A DNA stretch of 64,000 nt from Felis catus (lineage: Eukaryota): assembly GCF_018350175.1 (NCBI RefSeq), contig NC_058383.1, positions 13,642,001-13,706,000 of the forward strand. The letters run 5' to 3'. Both the position numbers and the translations under genes were made by a program. Shown here piece by piece: positions 59,423 to 64,000 of the stretch. Position 1 is the stretch's first letter. Each line of letters opens with the position of its first letter. The notes beneath the pieces are model-generated. The model worked only from the letters and a program-made list of their open reading frames with translations, searched no databases and had not been told where the DNA came from.

Positions 59423-60934
59423 AAACAAGAGGAAAAAGTGAATTCTAAAATGTTAAAACCTTGGAGTGGAACTTAATCTAATTTACAAGCAGTTCCACTA
59501 GAGTTGTGTGAGGATTTTTTTGTTGTTGTTGTTAAAGAGAAAAACTAGTTTCAAGCATTATTAAGCTTTTTTCCCCTCCCAGAAGCTAAGAAAACCATCT
59601 GTGAGAACCTGTTTGCATGTTTGTTTTCTACAATAAAATGCAAAATACTTCTTCCTGTTAGCGGATTATACCATATGTCTCTCCCTGTAACAAAATCAGC
59701 ATGTTTATTAATGAACCCAATCAGAGGCAAAGATTTAGAAAGATTTAAGGAACAGAGTTTTCCATTCAATATTTCAGCAAAAGAAACTTCTGGTTAGACA
59801 TCATTGTTGTGCTTGGAAAATAGTAGCTTTGTTTTCACTTTGAAATCAACTTAAACTTGGCAGGGGACAGGGAGCAGGAGGAGAGGGAGGCCTTTGAAAA
59901 TGTTTTGTAAAAAAAAAAAAAAGTCTGCATTTAAGAATGGCCCTTCCTGCCTGATGATTCCCCTCCTGATTCATCCACAGTTTATATGTGATTAATAATT
60001 AATTTGATCAGTTTCATTTTTTTCCAGACAGACTAATTAAAGTGCTCGATGGCCCAGATCCCCCATATCTGATTGCAGTGACAGGCCCGTGGGCTTCCTG
60101 GAGTGACAGGAAGCGAATGAAGTAGTTTCAGCCATATTGGCAAAGCAGCCGTGGTGCCCACAGTGGAAACCTCTGAGTGTCCCAGCTTCAGGCCATCTGA
60201 ATAATCACGTGGGTTGGTGGCACTGGGCGTGGCACAGTGCGTTAGAAAGAAGTCTGACACGACCCAGGCAAGTGGCCCGGAGCAAATGTCTTCTTCTCTC
60301 TAGGCCCCAGGCTGCTCGTCTGACAAATGAGGATGTCAGCTCTGCCGTTCTTTGATTTCTGAACTTGTGGGCACGTGGCCGTGACAGCAGAGACCATAAG
60401 CAGCCAGGAGTCTTGGAAGCCAGACATGGGACAGATTTTAGGGTAGATGTTCTATTCTGCTCATTCAACCTCCATCCAGATCTTCTTTCTACCCAGTGGT
60501 GTAGATAGCCCCACAAACTTATTACTCATTTCATTGCACGGATTTCTTGTCTGCCATGGCTTCTCAGAAATCTGGGGAAAAAAATGAAACCCCTGTTTCC
60601 AGGGGCACAGCTTCGGGGGAAAAAGTGACTCGTGAGCCCTTGGAAGGGCCCGGAGACGCTGTGGAGCCACTGTGAGGCTGGGCCAGGATAGCCACTCTGC
60701 CTTGCTCATGGGGAGTCTTTGGTGGCATTTTGGTACCGTAGTCATGACACATACAGGTCTCAACACGGCAGCTGCAAGGCATTATCTTGTTCTCATGAGC
60801 TAGAGCCGGTGAGAACAGGGAGGAGGTCTGGGCAATTTTGGTAACTATAGAAAAAAATTTTTTTTTTTTAATTTGAGGACACAGGTTAGGACAGAGCAGG
60901 TAGAGTGAAATACTTACACATTAATGGTTTGGGG

Positions 60935-61148
60935 ATTTTTTGTAATGTTTATTTTTGAGAGAGAGAGGAAGAGAGCGTGTGTGCAGCTGGGGGAGGGGCA
61001 GAGAGAGAGGGAGACACAGAATCCGAAGCAGGCTCCAGGCTCCCAGCTGTCAGCAGAGAGCCTGACGCGGGGCTTGAACTCACGAACCGTGAGATCCTGA
61101 CCTGAGCCGAAGTCGGATGCTTAACCCACTGAGCCACCCGGGCGCCCC
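60935..61148 (-). mobile_element. Can-SINE
   Basis: Canonical reverse body, CpGs retained; degenerate TSD cacattaatggtt / cacgctaatgctt. Confidence 0.95.
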
Positions 61149-61739
61149 CACGCTAATGCTTCTGAGGGCAGATGGGGAATCCTCTTAAAAAGGCCTTTTG
61201 ACTGTTCCACTGCCCTGTCTCTGGGATGGACACTTCTCCATAGCCTCCGATCCATCCCAGTTCTCCACGTGCCCTGCCATCCATGGAAAAATGCATTTAC
61301 ACCAACAAACCCCGTGCTCTCAAGGAGTGCTCTGACCCCTGGATACTCTGGCTTCTCAGATCTCTCGGACATCTGTGGCTTTCTTTTGCCGGGGGGGGGG
61401 GGGGGGGCGGTCTGGAGGCAGAGGAGCACGACACTAGCAGCAAAGTCTGCTGCCCTGTGTGGCCAGGTTAGAGTGAAGTCAGGGGCTAAAGAGGTTAGGA
61501 GACTTTCTGGCAACCAGGGGTGTCGCCGAGAAAGGCCACCCGCCCCCACCCACCCACTGAGGCTCTGAATGCCGAGTTCCCAAGTGACTGCCAAGGAGCA
61601 GGCCAGATGGACAGTGATCAGCTGTCACGTTGGACAGCTGCTCTCCCCTGTGATGAGAGCACATGCTGATGAGGCATGGGCTGAGGCTTTGAGCCCATGT
61701 CAATTGGCTTTGCTCTCTACTCCATCATTATGGAATTTT

Positions 61740-61935
61740 AGTTTAATTCAGCAAATAGACATTGGTCTCCTGTTTTTGCCAGCCAGCAGAGCAGGATACT
61801 GAGTGTGGAGACGGATAAAATAGGTCCTTTACCTGATGGAGAGACAGACATGAGCAAACAGACCTCATTCACTGTGACAGATGTGAGATTATCTGGAAAG
61901 AACAGTCGAGCCAGACCTGGGATGGATTGTTGCAA
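61740..61935 (-). mobile_element. L2 3' end
   Basis: attcagcaaata...ggagagacagacatgagcaaaca. Confidence 0.55.
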
Positions 61936-61951
61936 GTGTGGGGTTAGGGTT

Positions 61952-62170
61952 GTGGCTCAGTCACTTAAGCATCCGACTCTTGGTTTCAGCTCAGTTCATG
62001 ATCTCACGGTTCATGAGTTCGAGCCCCACGTCGGGCTTGGTGCTGACAGTGCAGAGCCTGCTTGGGATTCTCTTTCTCCCTCTCTCCCTATGCCTCCCCC
62101 TCTCACTCAAACGTGCTCTCTCTCTCTCCCTCTTTCTCAAAATACATAAACTTAAAAAAAGAAAAAAGAA
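61952..62170 (+). mobile_element. Can-SINE, slightly 5'-truncated
   Basis: gtggctcagtcacttaagcatccgactcttgg...gagttcgagcccc...CT tract, A tail. Confidence 0.93.
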
Positions 62171-62252
62171 CAGCCCCAATCTCCATCTTCCCTAGTCACA
62201 GACCCCTCAAAACCAGGATCCAGCTGTAGGAAGCATGTTGTAGTTCATTAGA

Positions 62253-62530
62253 GCAGTATCTCCTTAATTCTTCCAAGGAGTATTAAAAGCATAACTTGAA
62301 AAAATGATGTCATAAACACATACGAGTGGGCAGTAGTGGATTAAATAAAGTTAAACACGTTGCTTTCGTTGGTGGGTTGTTTTTTAACTGCAGAACTTCT
62401 CAGAACCTTGAGTCTGCTAAGCATACTTTGTGAATATCCCAGAGGAGGATACGGTCTTGAGGGGTTTGACTTGAAAGCCTTTTCCCACAGAGAATCTCCT
62501 TGAACCTGGGGCCCTCATGTCCTCAGACCC
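62253..62530. mobile_element. MER103-like hAT MITE
   Basis: ttaaataaagttaaaca...actgcagaacttctcagaacctt...tgctaa...tgtgaat. Confidence 0.65.
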
Positions 62531-62534
62531 TGGT

Positions 62535-62742
62535 GCAGTGTCTCGTCTGGACTAGAAGTTTGCAGAGTGGGATCCCAGCCCTGGCTCTCTCACTGGCAAG
62601 GCCTTAGGATATCCTGTAACCCTCTCGGACCCCATTCCCTCATCGAGACAAGGCGGTAGTGACATCGGCCTGTCTTTCCGGATGGTTATGAAATACTCTA
62701 TAGGAAAGCAGTTTGTACTAATAAGGGCTAGGATTGTTATTG
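62535..62742 (+). mobile_element. MIR, degenerate
   Basis: ctggactagaagt...cccagccctggctct...ccctctcggaccccattccctcatc...ggaaagcagtttgta. Confidence 0.55.
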
Positions 62743-62799
62743 CTACACAGTGACAATAATGGTTATGATAAAGCCCTCCAGGCCTTCACTGCTTGATTG

Positions 62800-63405
62800 C
62801 CCTGAGGCTTGGAACCTCTCCCACTCTGCAGAAACTTCTCTTTCCTTATGTTCCTCCCCCCCTCCCCCCGAGCTACTTCTTATAGCCACCCCTTCAACCA
62901 AATGTTGGTACCCCTGAGGCCTCTGTTTTGGGGATCCTTTTTTCTTTTCACGCTGGACCATTTCTCTTGGAATGTCCACGTGTCAACGTCGCCTGTAGCT
63001 GGCCACCCGTGTTTCTGTCTCCAGCGTTAACTTCTCTCATCAGCCCTGGATCCGAATTGCCAGCTTCTCGCCAGGTATTTCTATGTAGTGATCTCCAACT
63101 CAACGCTGGTACATCCGTTTACCATTCCCCACACACTGTGCTCCATCACGACCGGGTACCAACCTACCTGCTGCCCATGAACTCCTGCCCATCCTTCAGA
63201 ACCCACTTGAAATGTCTCCTCCTTGCTTCTCTCCTCCTCTGCGCCCCTAGAGAGCTCTGTGCCTACATCTAACATGGCCCGTCTCACACTGGCGTTGTCA
63301 TTATTGGTGTGGGTTTTGTGAAGTCAAGGACCGTGCCTTCCTCGTGTTTAAATTCTCCTCACGAAGCAGAGTGTAGGGCACGTGGTAAGTCTGTTCAGGT
63401 GGATG
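62800..63405 (+). mobile_element. L2 fragments (RT-region relic to 3' end)
   Basis: ggtacccctgaggcctctgttttgggg reads GTPEASVLG, resembling the GVPQGSVLG RT motif; aactcctgcccatccttcagaaccc...aaatgtctcctcc. Confidence 0.65.
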
Positions 63406-64000
63406 TGTATACCTCATTCTAGTCATGCCTGCGCAGCAGAGGAGAGCTTCCTCTTTAATGCCACATCTGGCTTTACACCAGAGCCCTGAACCTGCCGGAA
63501 ACAGTTTTGTTTTTGTTTTGTTTTCTTTTCTTTTCTTTCCCCCCCCCGCTGGCTAGGGCTTGCAGGCACCTAGAAGCCGAAGACCTACGGAGGCTCCGGA
63601 GGAGGCCACGGGTGCCTCTGGCCGCAGCCCCCCCCCTTGGCTCTGGGCCGGCCGGTGCTCCTAGCGCGTGGCCCTCGCCTGGTGGAGGTGAGCACCCTCT
63701 CCTCCCCACCTTGGCCGAGTCGTGTTGATATTCTGGCGGCATAGCCAGGCTTGTTATTGAGCACATGCTTTGCAGATTAGCCTGTTTGTATAGCCAATCG
63801 AACATGTGCTCCATTAAAAATTAAAGCATCCTGTTTTAAGGATGGAGCAGGAGACATCAGCTGCCACTGTGTAGCAGACATGCAAAGCCCCAGAGCCCAT
63901 TACCATAGGTTACAGCAAATGTTAATCAGTGCCAGCGCAGTTAAATAATGCAGTTTGTGCAGATGGCGCTGGTACATCTCCTCACAGATGTGTCCACAAG

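Noticed and set aside
1..64000. Naming the host gene, or claiming a novel multi-gene system
   Set aside because: No recognisable exon, and all structured sequence fits known mammalian repeat classes or generic regulatory texture; needs genome alignment.

Overview
This is mammalian nuclear DNA from a cat-family (felid) genome, not a prokaryotic region. It carries 13 tRNA-derived Can-SINEs, including one apparently young Felis-type copy with a perfect 17-bp target-site duplication (TSD), and a felid L1 3' end. These sit on an older layer of MIR, L2, L1M, MaLR LTR, hAT/TcMar MITEs (Charlie1b-, MER20-, MER94-, MER103-, MER44-, MADE2-like) and probable Mam_R4 relics. I found no supportable protein-coding exon, RNA gene, CRISPR array or intact transposon. 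The supplied ORFs are chance frames, microsatellite or SINE translations, or decayed L1 ORF2. Several repeat-free blocks rich in homeodomain and other TF motifs (~4.3-4.9, 11.1-11.5, 17.8-18.5, 22.0-22.9, 26.3-26.8, 39.6-40.1, 42.0-42.3, 51.5-51.9 and 63.7-64 kb) look like conserved enhancers, suggesting a large intron or gene desert near a developmental regulator. I cannot name the gene. I did not find a convincing new biological system. The best oddities are a twin-primed inverted L1, a sharp CpG-rich/CpG-poor switch between neighbouring MIRs, a mosaic nascent minisatellite, an unexplained hairpin, candidate cryptic/poison exons and many long G/C homopolymers. Repeat family names come from recalled consensus sequences, not a search; boundaries of ancient repeats are approximate.
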